A DNA stretch of 64,000 bases from Dimorphilus gyrociliatus (taxonomy: Eukaryota > Animalia > Annelida): assembly GCA_904063045.1 (NCBI GenBank), contig CAJFCJ010000046.1, positions 79,369 through 143,368 on the forward strand, written 5' to 3'. Position numbers and translations under genes: made by a program. Of this stretch, positions 12,050 through 23,849 are shown piece after piece (positions within the stretch are counted from its first letter, which is position 1; the number at the start of each line of letters is the position of its first letter). The notes under the pieces were generated by a model. That model was not told where the DNA came from and ran no database searches. It was given only the letters and a program-made list of their open reading frames with translations.

Positions 12050-13720
12050 ATGGCTTCACTTTGTCCAAATTGTGACATTCGATTTTATGGCAGACAAAAG
12101 AAGATAAAATGTGTTGAATGTCAAAAATTTTGTAATAATTTTATAGAGGACTCATTTGAAATGAATGAGGAAGAAAAAGCAGATCCAAATGAAAAATTCA
12201 CACTTCTCTTTGAAGGAAGCCAGAGAGGGAAGGATATTCTATCACGTGATGGATTTGCTTTCAATATAAAGAAATGAAGTGAGTATATGATAATTTGGAG
12301 AAATAAAAAAAATTTGTCTTGCAACAATCAAAGAAAGAGGAAATATATTTGCCTCAAGTCATATACATCATAACCATGAAAAAAAGGAAGAATTTAATAT
12401 CAAGTATAAAGGCAAGGAGAGAACTAAGAAGTATTTGTACTAATGGGATATGACAGAAAATGTCCACAAATCAATGCTTTTGCCCTAATCCTAACCCAGC
12501 CCTTAGCTGTACCTAACCTTTTCCATTACCCCTAACCCTCAGAGGAGACCCTCCTAACTACAAATCAGTTGCTGTTTTCTTTCACCTAACCATTTCTCAA
12601 TCCAAATTTTTGTCTTGAAATTTCTCATTTTTTTGTGGACATTTTCTGTCAACCCCGTACTAATGATGTCAGGTCATCAGGCAGAAAAATTGCTGAAGAT
12701 ATTTTATAAAAATGTTCAGCTTAGGAGAATAGTTTGCCAAATATGGAAAATTTGAGAAAATTAGCTAATATCACCAGACAGAAGAAAAGACCTATAACAT
12801 CAAATGATCCTTTTTTTGAAATAAATATTGATTTTCTTCATGACAATTTACTGCAAAACGATGTTTCATTTGGAAATCAGAGAATAATCATATTTGCTTT
12901 CAAGCAACAGTGAAACCTTTTATCCAAAAGCAAAGTTTGGTATCTGGATGGTACATTTAAGGTTGTCAAAGAACCATTTGTTCAACTTTTCTCCATCCAT
13001 TCTTTTATTAAAAAAGATGAAGAAACAAAGCAGATTCCTTTTGGCATTTATTTTCATGACATCAAAGAAGAAGAAAGCATATAAACAAACATTAAGGGTA
13101 AGTTAATAAACATTTCATCTAACCTCTAAATTTCATGATATTCTTTAGGAAATTCAAACAATTACAAATTATTCCAAACCAAAAAAGCTCTTTTGCTGAT
13201 TATGAGTTAGGATTATGGACCACTTTATTTTGTGTTTATCCGAATGTACCAATTCAAGAATGTGTTTTCCATTGGACACAAGCAGTTTTCAGAAAAATCC
13301 AAGTAATATATTATATTACATAGTTTTATTATATAATCATTTCATGTTTTTAGAATTTGGGATATGCAACTGACTATAAAACTAAGCTGGCCTCTAAAAA
13401 TATGATGTGAAATTTATTGGCACTTCCTTTTCTTCCTTCTCAAGTAATACCCCATATTTTTTCATCTTTACCACTTCTACCATCAAAAATCATTAAAGTT
13501 CATTCAAGAACTTGGAACAGACAACTTCAACACGATTAGGACCATTTATTGATTACAAGAACCAGTGGTTATATTGATATTATCCACCGCATGCCTGGTC
13601 AATATATGGTAAAGCAATCAGAACCAACAATGATCTGGAAGGATGGCGTAATAGGTTAAACAGGAATAATCATGCAAATTCTTCATTGTATGTGATCTTT
13701 GATGAATAAAAGAGAGAAGC
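12050..13720 (+). pseudogene. MULE (Mutator) transposase pseudogene with N-terminal Cys-rich and FLYWCH-like region
   Basis: EGSQRGKDILSRDGFAF..HNH; LDGTFKVVKEPFVQLFSIHSF; FADYELGLW; CVFHWTQAVFRKIQ; RTNNDLEGW. Many stops and frameshifts. Confidence 0.85.
12446..12656 (+). mobile_element. MULE-type MITE (211 bp) with CCCTAA-like interior
   Basis: 9-bp TSD GTACTAATG at 12437-12445 and 12657-12665; TIR GGATATGACAGAAAATGTCCACAAA / TTTGTGGACATTTTCTGTCAACCCC. Confidence 0.92.
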
Positions 13721-13777
13721 AGAGTTCAAGAAAGAAATTATCAAGTAAGAAAAAAGATATGTAGACAGCTAAGGAAA

Positions 13778-14767
13778 GGGACCCAGACAGAAAGTCCCCT
13801 GACAAAAATCTCCTGGACAGATTGTCTCTTGAGCTAGAAAAGTGAAATAATTTCTTTATTGTACTAAATAATGTTTTATTGAATTGCTAATTAAATATTA
13901 ATATAAAAAGTGTTTCAAACTATTTTAAATATACCTAAAATTAGAATTATTTGATTTAAAGAAAAAAGTACTAGTTTACAGGAAGTCTTGTCCACTTCCT
14001 GTTTTTAATTCCTGGTAGCCATCTTTTTTTACTACAATTATTATTCTTGGTGCTGTAACCATTGTTTCTGCTTTAAAACAGGGTGATTTTGGTATAGATA
14101 TTTCATCAAAGACTTTCATACTCCCAAGGTATTTATTTAAAAAAAGTAAGTTATTTTCTTAATGTTTTTTTGGCCATTGTGTTATGTCAACTTTCTAATT
14201 TTTCATCAGGTGATGGCTCCCTACTGTCAAATGTGTACATATAGAATATTTGGAAGAAAATTCACAAGGAAATGCTCACTCTGCTCTCATCAGTTTAACT
14301 TTCATAAAAAATGCATTTCAAGTCATATTCAAATTTATTATTTTATCATTTTTATTTATTTCTATGTATTTGCAGTGTCTGATGTATATTTATGTTCCAC
14401 CTGCACTGATATCTCCAAAAAGAAATGCTTTGTCTCATTAAATAGCAGTACCTGTTCCAGACCTACATTTGTTCAAGATAACTCTTTTACTGGAGATAAA
14501 AATGGAAATTGTAGGGAATGAACAAGAATTATCTGATCAGAGGAATAATGGAAACCATTCAACACATGTCTCTCAAGATGATTTAATAGAAAACTCTTTT
14601 GATAACTCAAATATTCAAGAAATAGATGAAATAGACCCTGCATTCACAATATTGGAAGGAATGAGTCAAAAAGGAAAATTTCTCCTTTTGCATGAAGGAT
14701 ACAGTTATACTGTAAAGGAAAACGTTTTGGGGGACGTTTTGTCCAGGGGACGCTTTGTCCAGCATTC
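13778..14767 (+). mobile_element. Internally deleted MULE with PHD-like and FLYWCH-like remnants
   Basis: Inverted ends with subrepeats (GACAGAAAGTCCCCTGACAAAA / TTTTGTCCAGGGGACGCTTTGTCC). Coding remnants CQMC..CSLC..H..C..CSTC and EGMSQKGKFLLLHEGYSY. No TSD found. Confidence 0.7.
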
Positions 14768-15843
14768 ATTGGAACTTGTTTCATTTCCACTTTTATTGTG
14801 ATAAATCCAAAAAAGGAGAAAAGTTAGTAAAGGGGTCTTTTATACATTTTAAATGTGCCATTCATAAGCCATATTTTACCTTCAGATAATAAGTCAATTT
14901 TTCTGTCAATTGTTTTTCTTTGCCCAAATCAACTTTGAGAAAAATCTTTTTTTTAAACCCAAACAATAATTTTTTAAAGTTTCCTTTCAGCTTGAAAATA
15001 GTCTTTGTCAAGGAATAGAAGACCTAAGAAGACTGTAGAATTTGTCATCTCAATTATAGTATTGTTATAACTTTTTGCAATGTATTATTAAAGTTTACAC
15101 ACTCAACCTAACCAAAAAGGGTTGGAAAGGGTCAAGTATCAATTTTGTTGATAAGGATCTATGTGAAATAAGGAAGCAACTGCTGTAATTAATTTTGGTT
15201 TTATCTATTTGTTAGAAACATAGGCTTTGATATGTAAAATGAAAGGATTAATTTCTAGAAATAAAAGTGTTTTTGTGTGATGTTCAAGTTAATAAATCAC
15301 TTGTGGATAGATAAAAATTACTTAATGTATTAACATAAACAGTATACTGGTTCCACTTGAATTAGTAAACAAATAAATTGAGAATTCTTTTTAATATAAA
15401 CATGATTTCTTTATTAATTGAGTAATTGATTTTGTCAGACAGCTATAGTATTAATTTTTTGAACAAAGAGAGCTATGATAAATTAATTGTTGTTTAAAGA
15501 AAATTTTTAATTTTGTACAACTATAGGCCAAATAGGCCTAATTTATAAATGTCAAATCAGAATTATGCATCAAATAGTCTTTTTTTTATTGTCCTCTCTA
15601 ATTCAAAATTAAAGAAACAATAAATAAGAATAGAATTTCAAATACAAAAAAATAATGTAAATTTAAATGTGTAGATAAACACATCAGCAAATATTCAAAT
15701 ATTGAAGATAATGATTTGGTGTTATTTAATATTATATTTAAAATTTTGCATAATTACACTTATAAATGGATCAAAATTAACTGGTATCAATTGAAATCTT
15801 TTATCTCTTTTAAAAGTAAATTCTTTTTTCATTTTAAACAGAT

Positions 15844-17860
15844 GGAAAACTTATAAACATAGCAAACGAAATGGATTACTCCGCTAAATGCACTACATCG
15901 AATGAGTACAGCGCGTTCTTTAATTGTGAAAATGTATTTTATCCTGTTTGGGAAAATATCAATCAATGGGCCACATCTTGCAGCTATCCAAATTGCATTA
16001 ATCATTGGATTGAAATTACCTTTAGCAGACCATATGATATTGTTGATATATGCGTATATCAAAGACCTTTTTCGAAATTGATAACACTTTCCTCAATAGA
16101 CATAACACTTGGAAGTTCAGATCAAATGAATATTCGTTTGAATTTGTATGAAACTTGTTTTCTCTTACTGTTTACAGTTGGATTTGGTGCTTCTAAAGCT
16201 AAATTTGTAACTTCTGGTCCTACTGCACAATCAATAAATGTTGGATTTCAATCAGTACTTATATACAGTTATGATGGTAAAGAATTAGTATTGAATTTTA
16301 TCATGTTAATCGACTTTTTTCACTTATACAGATGAAGCAACCATTGAAAGTATACATTATATAAATATAGCTAATATGGAACATGGAGCCATTTGCTCTT
16401 CATCAAGTGGCACTGATTGTTTAGAGACAATTCATAATGAGTATCATACCCAATGGAATATGGAATGTCCCCTAATAAGTTCAACAGAGAAGTGTCAAGG
16501 ACAATTTATAAATGTAACATTTTCTTTTCCTGCTAAGCCAAATCTACTTTGCCTAGCCAATGGGTACTTTGCAATAATTTTTTATTTTATGACAATAAAC
16601 TTAGCATTTCGTTTGTCATTTCGATAGTCATGCAGTACTGACTCATATAAAAACATTAAGAGCTGTTTGGAGTTCTGGTTATAATCAAGTACTTCAACTT
16701 TTATCCTCTGCTGAGAGAAAATGTTATGACTATGATGGAGATTTTGATATTGAATATTGGATTCAATTGGTAATTATAGATGGCTATTCCACTGCAAATA
16801 ATGCTCTGAGAACAATAGAAGTTTTTGCAAAAGGTAGTTTATTCAATATTCTGTTCTTCTCTCCCTCCTCTTTCTTAACCATCTTTCTTTCCCCAACTAG
16901 AGGATAATCAGAAAATTTATAGTATTCAACATCGTTCGTTTGTTGTTTATCACTTGCCAAGATATTTATGGAAGAATTTCACAACACTTAGCTTCCAGGT
17001 CAAAGGTCAAATTGTTAATCAAGATACTGATTGTTCCTCCCTAATTTTGCGTTTTCGAAATGTTAATAAAACTTATTTTTTAGTGAGGTTAGATTTTAAT
17101 GAAAATTCTGTAGAAAAATCATTTTTAAAGATATTCAGAACAACAATATATTTCCACTGGTTTAATAATTCACAGTCATTAATTGATTGTCATAAATGGA
17201 ATTATTATTGGTTAGAATTCTCTCTTGGCCAAATAAAATTTGGTTATGGAAAACCAAGTGCAATGTCACTATCCTATTTTTCAGTTCAACAGGATTTGTT
17301 TGTGGATGTAGAAGAAATTATTATAAGAAATTTACATGATGGTTTAATAAATAATTTAAAAATAAATCATCAAGGTTTGTTGATCAATTGCTCGATTGGT
17401 TTCCTTTTTCTAATTCTATTCATATTTTAGATGGTAGAAGAATTATATTTTTTAATTCTACTCATCATCAATTTTGTGCTGTCTACAATTTTTTTAATGA
17501 ATTTATCTATGCTTGCATTCCTTTACAATCAAAATTATCATATTTTCAATTCAAATTAGAGATTGATGATCAATTAAAGATAACTCTTATCAATCCTGTT
17601 GTCATTATTGATAAACAATTGTCAATAAATGAAGATGTAGTTGGAAGATGGCAATATTCCTTAGAAAATAGACAATTTAATCAGTTTTATAAGCTTTGTT
17701 CTCTAGATTTGCACATTCAGATCTCCAAGAATATCACTTTCATTTGTAAGGGAATTAACATTGAAATAAAGTATATTATTTCAGATATAATAACTAAAAG
17801 AAAATGGAATTTCACCGACAAATTGTCATGTACGTTATACTCTTCAGAATTGTAAAGAAG
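15844..17860 (+). CDS. Multi-exon gene with galactose-binding-like (F5/8-fold) domains and a farnesoic-acid-O-methyltransferase-like (Methyltransf_FA) domain; possibly degenerate
   Basis: INIANE..AKCTTSNEY..W..HWIEITFSRPY..ICVYQR; a second similar domain at 16335-16835; LIDCHKWNYYWLEFSLGQIKFGYG. Short GT-AG introns. Exon boundaries are approximate. Confidence 0.55.
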
Positions 17861-18799
17861 AGAGAGGACAGTCAAAAATGAAAAATTGAATCTTGAACTT
17901 TTAAAATATTCAATTTTCAATTATAATTTTTAATACATATATTTTTACAAGAGATAGGAAATTCTTGATAAATAGTTGTGTTCTATCATTAATACGTACA
18001 AGCTGTGTTCAAAGTTCTTGATTTAACAAAATTTGCCAAAGTTTAACAGTTGAAGATTTTGGTTTTGAATGTAAATCTTGAAACTAAATACAGTCTTATT
18101 AAATGTCTCTGGCAGGGATGTTAAAGAGGGAAAAAAAGGAATTATTTAAAATGATATCAAAGAGAAATCTGCTGATGATATTAAATCATCTGGAAAAAGA
18201 ATAGCTGTGTAAATTCTTTTGAAACAATCTCATGGAAAATGTCATTGGCACAATTGCAAAGAAGTAGTGATAAAGAATTTACTGATCAATAGATTTAAAA
18301 TCTCTCTGTAGAAAAACAGAAATGAAAATTTTACGTTAAGAAAAGCATAAGATTGATCAAAGAAAACCATAAAAAGGTTGAGGATATCATCTGGACCTAA
18401 TGTTCAAGTAAATTTAGTATAAAGCTTTGAATGCACTTTGTCAATTTAGCAAAATTTCATTGTTTTTATTATTGCAGCCAAAAACACCAGATGTCACTAG
18501 TAGTTAGATATTTCTAAATAATAAATATTTTGTTTTTCTTTTGATATTACTCAAAAGCTTTTACTTTACTATTTAATTATTAATTGTAAATTTAATCTAA
18601 ACAGATGAATTTGTATTTTTCTATCATAAAATATAAATGAATATTTGACCCATAAAACTGTATAGAAAAATTATATAAATATAGACAAACTCTTTCATGG
18701 ACTTGTTTGGGTTTTTGTTGTTGTTGGAAAGATATTTTATCAGTAAAATATGAGTATAGTTCAGAGAATTGTACTAGTTTTTTCATGATTAATTAAGAT

Positions 18800-19210
18800 A
18801 TATTCAAATTACAAAAGTTTGGTGTGACAGCTTTAACTTGTATAGATATTGTATATTCAATAAATTTTGCTTGCTTCTTTCTTCATCATAAACAAGAGAC
18901 AAAATTAGTGTTATATATTCCCATATTAAGAGCAATCAGGAAACATAGAAGAGCAATTTCTCATGTATTGCCAGCTTTTTATTCTGGAACAGAAGGAAGG
19001 AGATTCGAACTTTAACCTTATTGTTAATGTTCAACTGTTTTCTATGAGTTTGTGCCAGCTACAATCACAATTATAACTTATCATAGATGGGAAAATATAT
19101 ATTCCTTATCAGAGTAAGAATTTGAATTAATTGTTGATTTTCAAATTCAACAATAAATCCTCTTGTTCATGGGTTATACAAAATCATCTATAAGACTTCA
19201 AACCAAGTCT
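18800..19210 (+). pseudogene. Deleted duplicate of the adjacent GPCR
   Basis: FGVTALTCIDIVYS, LYIPILRAIRKHRRAIS and INPLVHG-YTKSSIRL match TM2, TM5/IC3 and TM7 of the GPCR at 19465-20388. Confidence 0.8.
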
Positions 19211-19464
19211 TGATCCCAACTCTGAAAACCTTATTTTCCAACTCAATATTTGCCTATCTACAATTTTTTGGTCTGTATTTTAGCAATACCTTTTTACTCC
19301 ATCTCCATAAAACATAATATTCCATAATGCTGTAGTTAATTATAATACAGTCATTTGTTAACTCAATAATTCATAGTCTTCTAATGCATCATTCAACATT
19401 TGATACGTTTAATTTTCATCTAGAGTTGCATTAGAAGAAGGAAATATATTTGCAGTGTAGAAAT

Positions 19465-20388
19465 ATGGTCTATTCAAACATTTACATCTTCAGTTTTGCA
19501 GTTTTTAATCAAGTTATTGGATTTCTTTTGAATAGTAATTTAATCCTTATCTCTTTTCTTAATAAAAATCTTTGGAAATTACATAATTTTGGTGTGACAG
19601 TATTGACATTCACAGATGTTTTCTACTCATTAAGTGTATTGCTCTTGATTTTGCTTTATAAGGAACAATTAAAATATTACCATTGTCTTATTGCAGTTCA
19701 ATTTATATTTATGATAATTACAGTATCATCTTTAACCTTGACCTTAATTACATTTGAAAAGTTTGTGGCAGTTGTAAAACCATTAACATTCTATAAAAAT
19801 TGGACAATGAAGAGAGCTTTTTTCTCACTTTTCTGTATATGGTCAATTAGCTTTGTCATTTGCTCATTACCTTTTATGGGTTGGAACAAATACAAGGCCA
19901 TTTTGAAGGTCAATAATACTTTTCAATGTAACGCTTTCAGTGTTGTCTCTTCTTCTTATCTTTATTTATGGCTATTTACTACTGTTTTACCAAATTCAAT
20001 TACCAGTTTACTATTATACATTCCCATTCTAAGAGCTGTACAGAGGCACAGACAAGTAATTTCTGATCAATCAAATAATGTTAATAATATAAATTCTGAA
20101 GGGAGTAGTATTGGAACTTTAACCTGTCTCTTGGCAATTAACTGTTTCTCTTGTATTCTACCAGCAGTCTTTGTTGTTGCTAACAATAAGAGACTGACAG
20201 AAAATTATGGTTTATCAGAGGCTAATTATGATTTAATGGTTGATATTGCAACAGCAATTGGTGCTTTAAATCCAACAATACATCCACTTGTTCATGGTTA
20301 TACTAAATCATCAGTAAGACTTGACACAAAGAAATTTTACCTAAAAATACTTAGAAAGATTACTTGTAAACAAACATTCAGAAAATAA
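19465..20388 (+). CDS. Intronless rhodopsin-like (class A) orphan GPCR
   Basis: Seven hydrophobic segments; TM2 LTFTD; TM3 LITFEKFVAVVKPL; TM4 IWSISF..LPFMGWN; ECL2 Cys; TM7 LNPTIHPLVHG. ATG at 19465. Confidence 0.88.
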   Translation: MVYSNIYIFSFAVFNQVIGFLLNSNLILISFLNKNLWKLHNFGVTVLTFTDVFYSLSVLLLILLYKEQLKYYHCLIAVQFIFMIITVSSLTLTLITFEKFVAVVKPLTFYKNWTMKRAFFSLFCIWSISFVICSLPFMGWNKYKAILKVNNTFQCNAFSVVSSSYLYLWLFTTVLPNSITSLLLYIPILRAVQRHRQVISDQSNNVNNINSEGSSIGTLTCLLAINCFSCILPAVFVVANNKRLTENYGLSEANYDLMVDIATAIGALNPTIHPLVHGYTKSSVRLDTKKFYLKILRKITCKQTFRK

Positions 20389-20759
20389 ACAAACACAATT
20401 TATTATTTATGCTCAGCTATCATTCTTTTAAGAAATTCAAATAAATTTTCACAATAGTTAGCTGTTTTTTTTGTGAGAGAAAATGAAAATGCAATTATTA
20501 GAAATATGTCACAGGTTATAATTATATAATTAATATAATAACAGGAATTAAATATTCCAGAACTTGTTGTTCTGTTGCCAAACTTTGATGGAACTATCAT
20601 TTATAGCTTCTACAAAATCAGATTGTGAGAGAGAAAGTTATTCATTCAAAATCTTAAAGGGAATGAACTAGAAAGGAAAAGATTTGCTACTTATTTAATT
20701 TAGCATTTGAGCTCCAGATCTAACTGACATGTTTATTTTCAGAAATTATGATTTTGTAA

Positions 20760-20905
20760 GATTTACAAAGCAGAAAAAAGTTGAATATAAAATCATGAAG
20801 AAATTAATGACATTACCATTCGTGCCCTCTGATCTGATAGAACCAACATTTAAGACTCTTAAAGAAATATATCCAATTGAAATGAAGTCTCTATTTAAAG
20901 AAGTG
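20760..20905 (+). mobile_element. MULE transposase fragment
   Basis: IMKKLMTLPFVPSDLIEPTFKTL resembles the LMALPFLP..I..AF motif of MULE transposases. Confidence 0.5.
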
Positions 20906-20914
20906 GGTTTAATA

Positions 20915-22230
20915 TGATTTGTGGAGAACTTGAAGCCTCATGCAATACTTTGAAATCAATTACTGTTGTTTAGGATAATTTGAATGATAGAGAAGAGCAA
21001 TGATGCTTGAATATACATTTCAAATCTGTTCATCATTAAATTTTATTAAATTATCTTGGAATAAGAATATGAGAGATGGCTTTAAAAATATTTGTGATGG
21101 ACTCAAAAACCTTCTCTTATACTTTAAAATCAATCAATGTAGCTTCATGTGAGTTAAATGCTGATCAAGCTAAGATGTGAGGTGAATTATGAAAAAAGCT
21201 GTTCATCATTAAAAGATATTGGGTTATCTGGTAATGAGAAAATGGGATATGTATTTAGAAATATTTGTGAAGGACTGAAAGCCTGCTCCAACACTTTGAA
21301 ATCAATAAATGTAGATTAGTGTAAGTTGAATATTAAGCCAGCCATGATGTTAGGGAAAATCAATTCAGAAATGTTAATGGAAAACATTTGTTTAACTGGT
21401 AATGAGAATGTTGGTGAAATATTTTAATTTATTTGTGAGGATTGCAATGTCTCCTCCAGGATTATTAAAACAATTGCAAATTGGTGTAATTTAAGTGCTG
21501 AACAGGCAATGATGTTGGAGAAAACATTTAAAAACTGTTCAGCATTAGAAAACATTTGGTTATATAATAATGAGAATATGGAAGATGGATTCAAGTTTGT
21601 TTGTAAGGGACTCAATACATCTTCCAATACCTTAAAATCAATTGATATAAGTTGCTGTAACTTGAATGCTGAACAAGCAGAGATGCTTTGTCAAACATTA
21701 CATAAGTCATCATTTTTAGAAGATATTAATTTATCTTACAATGATAGCATGGGAAATGGATTGAAAGTGATTTGTGATAGACTCCAGTTCTCATTCAATA
21801 CATTGAAATTAATTTATGTATCTTGCTGTAATTTGAATGTTCAACATGCAATGATACTGGGGCAAACATTTAAAAACTCTTTTTCAAACATTGAACACAT
21901 TAAGCTAAATGACAATATAGATATTGGAGATAAATTTAAAATGGATGTGGTAGAAAATGGCCATAAATGTATGGTTTTACCCTAACCCTAACCCAGCCCT
22001 TGTTTTTGCCTAACCTTTTTGAATACCCCTAACCCTTAGATGGGACCCTCCTAAGAACATATCAACAGTTATCTTATTCCTCCTAACCATTTCCCAGGCT
22101 GAAATCTAACTTTCAAATATTTCATTTATGGTTGTTTTCGACTGGTCCCATTTAAAATGATTCGTGAAGGACTCCACATCTCCTTCGATACTTTACAATT
22201 AATTCATATAGCTAGGTGCATGTTAAGCAC
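20915..22230 (+). pseudogene. RI-like/NLR-type leucine-rich repeat pseudogene
   Basis: Alternating ~28/29-aa repeats (LENIWLYNNENMEDGFKFVCKGL..LKSIDISCCNLNAEQA) with many stops; interrupted by a MITE at 21943. Confidence 0.85.
21943..22149 (+). mobile_element. MULE-type MITE (207 bp)
   Basis: 9-bp TSD ATTTAAAAT at 21934-21942 and 22150-22158; CCCTAA repeats; homologous to 12446-12656. Confidence 0.9.
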
Positions 22231-23849
22231 TAAAACAAGCAATAATTTTAGAACAAATATGTAGGGGTTGTAAACAGACAATAATTTGTGACTTTTCATT
22301 TCTTCAATATAATGAAAACATTTTTATACTAAGCAACTAAAGATGATTATGTATTTAGTTAATTATAATATTGTATATACAGATGAAAAATTGTTATTGA
22401 TATTACCTAAGATATTTTTGTCTCATCAAAATGCAAATGGAAATCTTATTTCTCCAAGTTACAAAGTTTCTAAGAAAAGCAATAAATGTAAAGCATTTTT
22501 TTGAATGTGTCTAGTGAGAAATCTGTTTAATTTGAATAATTTTCTAAAAAATCAGGACAAAAAGAATTTTTTAGGTATAATTTGAAATTAATTAACTAGA
22601 ATATTTTTTATTAAAAAGGTGTTTGTACTTTCCTGCTGGTGGTTGTAGGTAAGTACTGGTCCAAATAGAATTGAATTAAGAGTAAGGCACTTAGAAGAAA
22701 GATGTAGACTCGAGGGAGGATCAATATAGAACCAAATTGTAAGAATAATATAACTGTATATTCTTAAGTAATATTAGACCTGTTCACTAAGAGGGTTCAT
22801 TCAGCACTGAATGCCTGTTACTACTTATGCCCTGCTTTTATACAATTCCTTATCAGTTGTTTATGCCTTAGCTTTTGCTAACAACAAGGGTCTAACCCCA
22901 GATAAGGATTGTTCACAACAAACAGGGTCAGGGGTTATCATGTTATGCAGTAGTGATGTAAACAACAAAAACTTTGTGTAGTTGAACCATCAAGGGTCAT
23001 TTGTTACATCATATTTATGAAACTAAACACTTGTTGTTGTTGTCAACATTTTTGGTTATGCAACATCCTACCCTTTGCCTATAAAAGGGGTTGATTATGT
23101 CAGTTCTGTACCATTTACCCTAGAGACAACTATTTATTGAATTTTCTTTGACAACTGACAGGTAAATGCATTGACACAGAAAAAAAAATATTATGCAAAT
23201 ACCTTTGATGAGTCATTTCTTTTGGCTTTTTCCATCATTAACCAATCAATTTTACCAAATGATCTTAAAAAAGAAGAGAATCAAGGTAGAATAAAAAATA
23301 GAAATTATAGTTAAAATCCTTTTTTATAATTCATTGTAATTGAAAAAAAAAATTTCATGGTAATGTAGGCCTAATTCTATTACAAATTCTATAAGGAAAG
23401 TAGGAAAAAATGAATCATTCACTATTATTTTTAACAATAACTCTGGATCAACACCGTTAAAAAAAGAAATTATTGATTCAGTATAAATCTATATACTAGA
23501 AAAGTTTATATGAATTTCTCTCTTAAAAACACAATATTTTAACATTTAAAACACGTCTTTTTTTAATGAAACTCTAAAAATTTTCAACAAACACTAGTTT
23601 ATTTGGAAAAAGTTTTAGATAAGGTTACAATATTGTTTAGAAATAATGTTGCACTGTGTTTATTACTGTTGACTTATTCATTGGATGCATACAGAGAAAA
23701 AAAAAGTTAATGTAAGGGTTAGAAATTATATCCGGTCTTTATGTTCATATTTTTCAATTGAGAATATTTATTGCTGTCTTAATAAAGTCCAAATGCTCTG
23801 TTATCTGTTTTTTGAGAAGAAAAATTACTAATTGGTGAATGAAAAATAG

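Noticed and set aside
18100-18250. Additional MULE fragment (DIKSSGKRIA)
   Set aside because: The similarity to 12660-12710 is too short to annotate confidently.
22700-23160. Old solo LTR (TATA-like CTATAAAAGGGG)
   Set aside because: No termini, TSD or second copy were found in the window.
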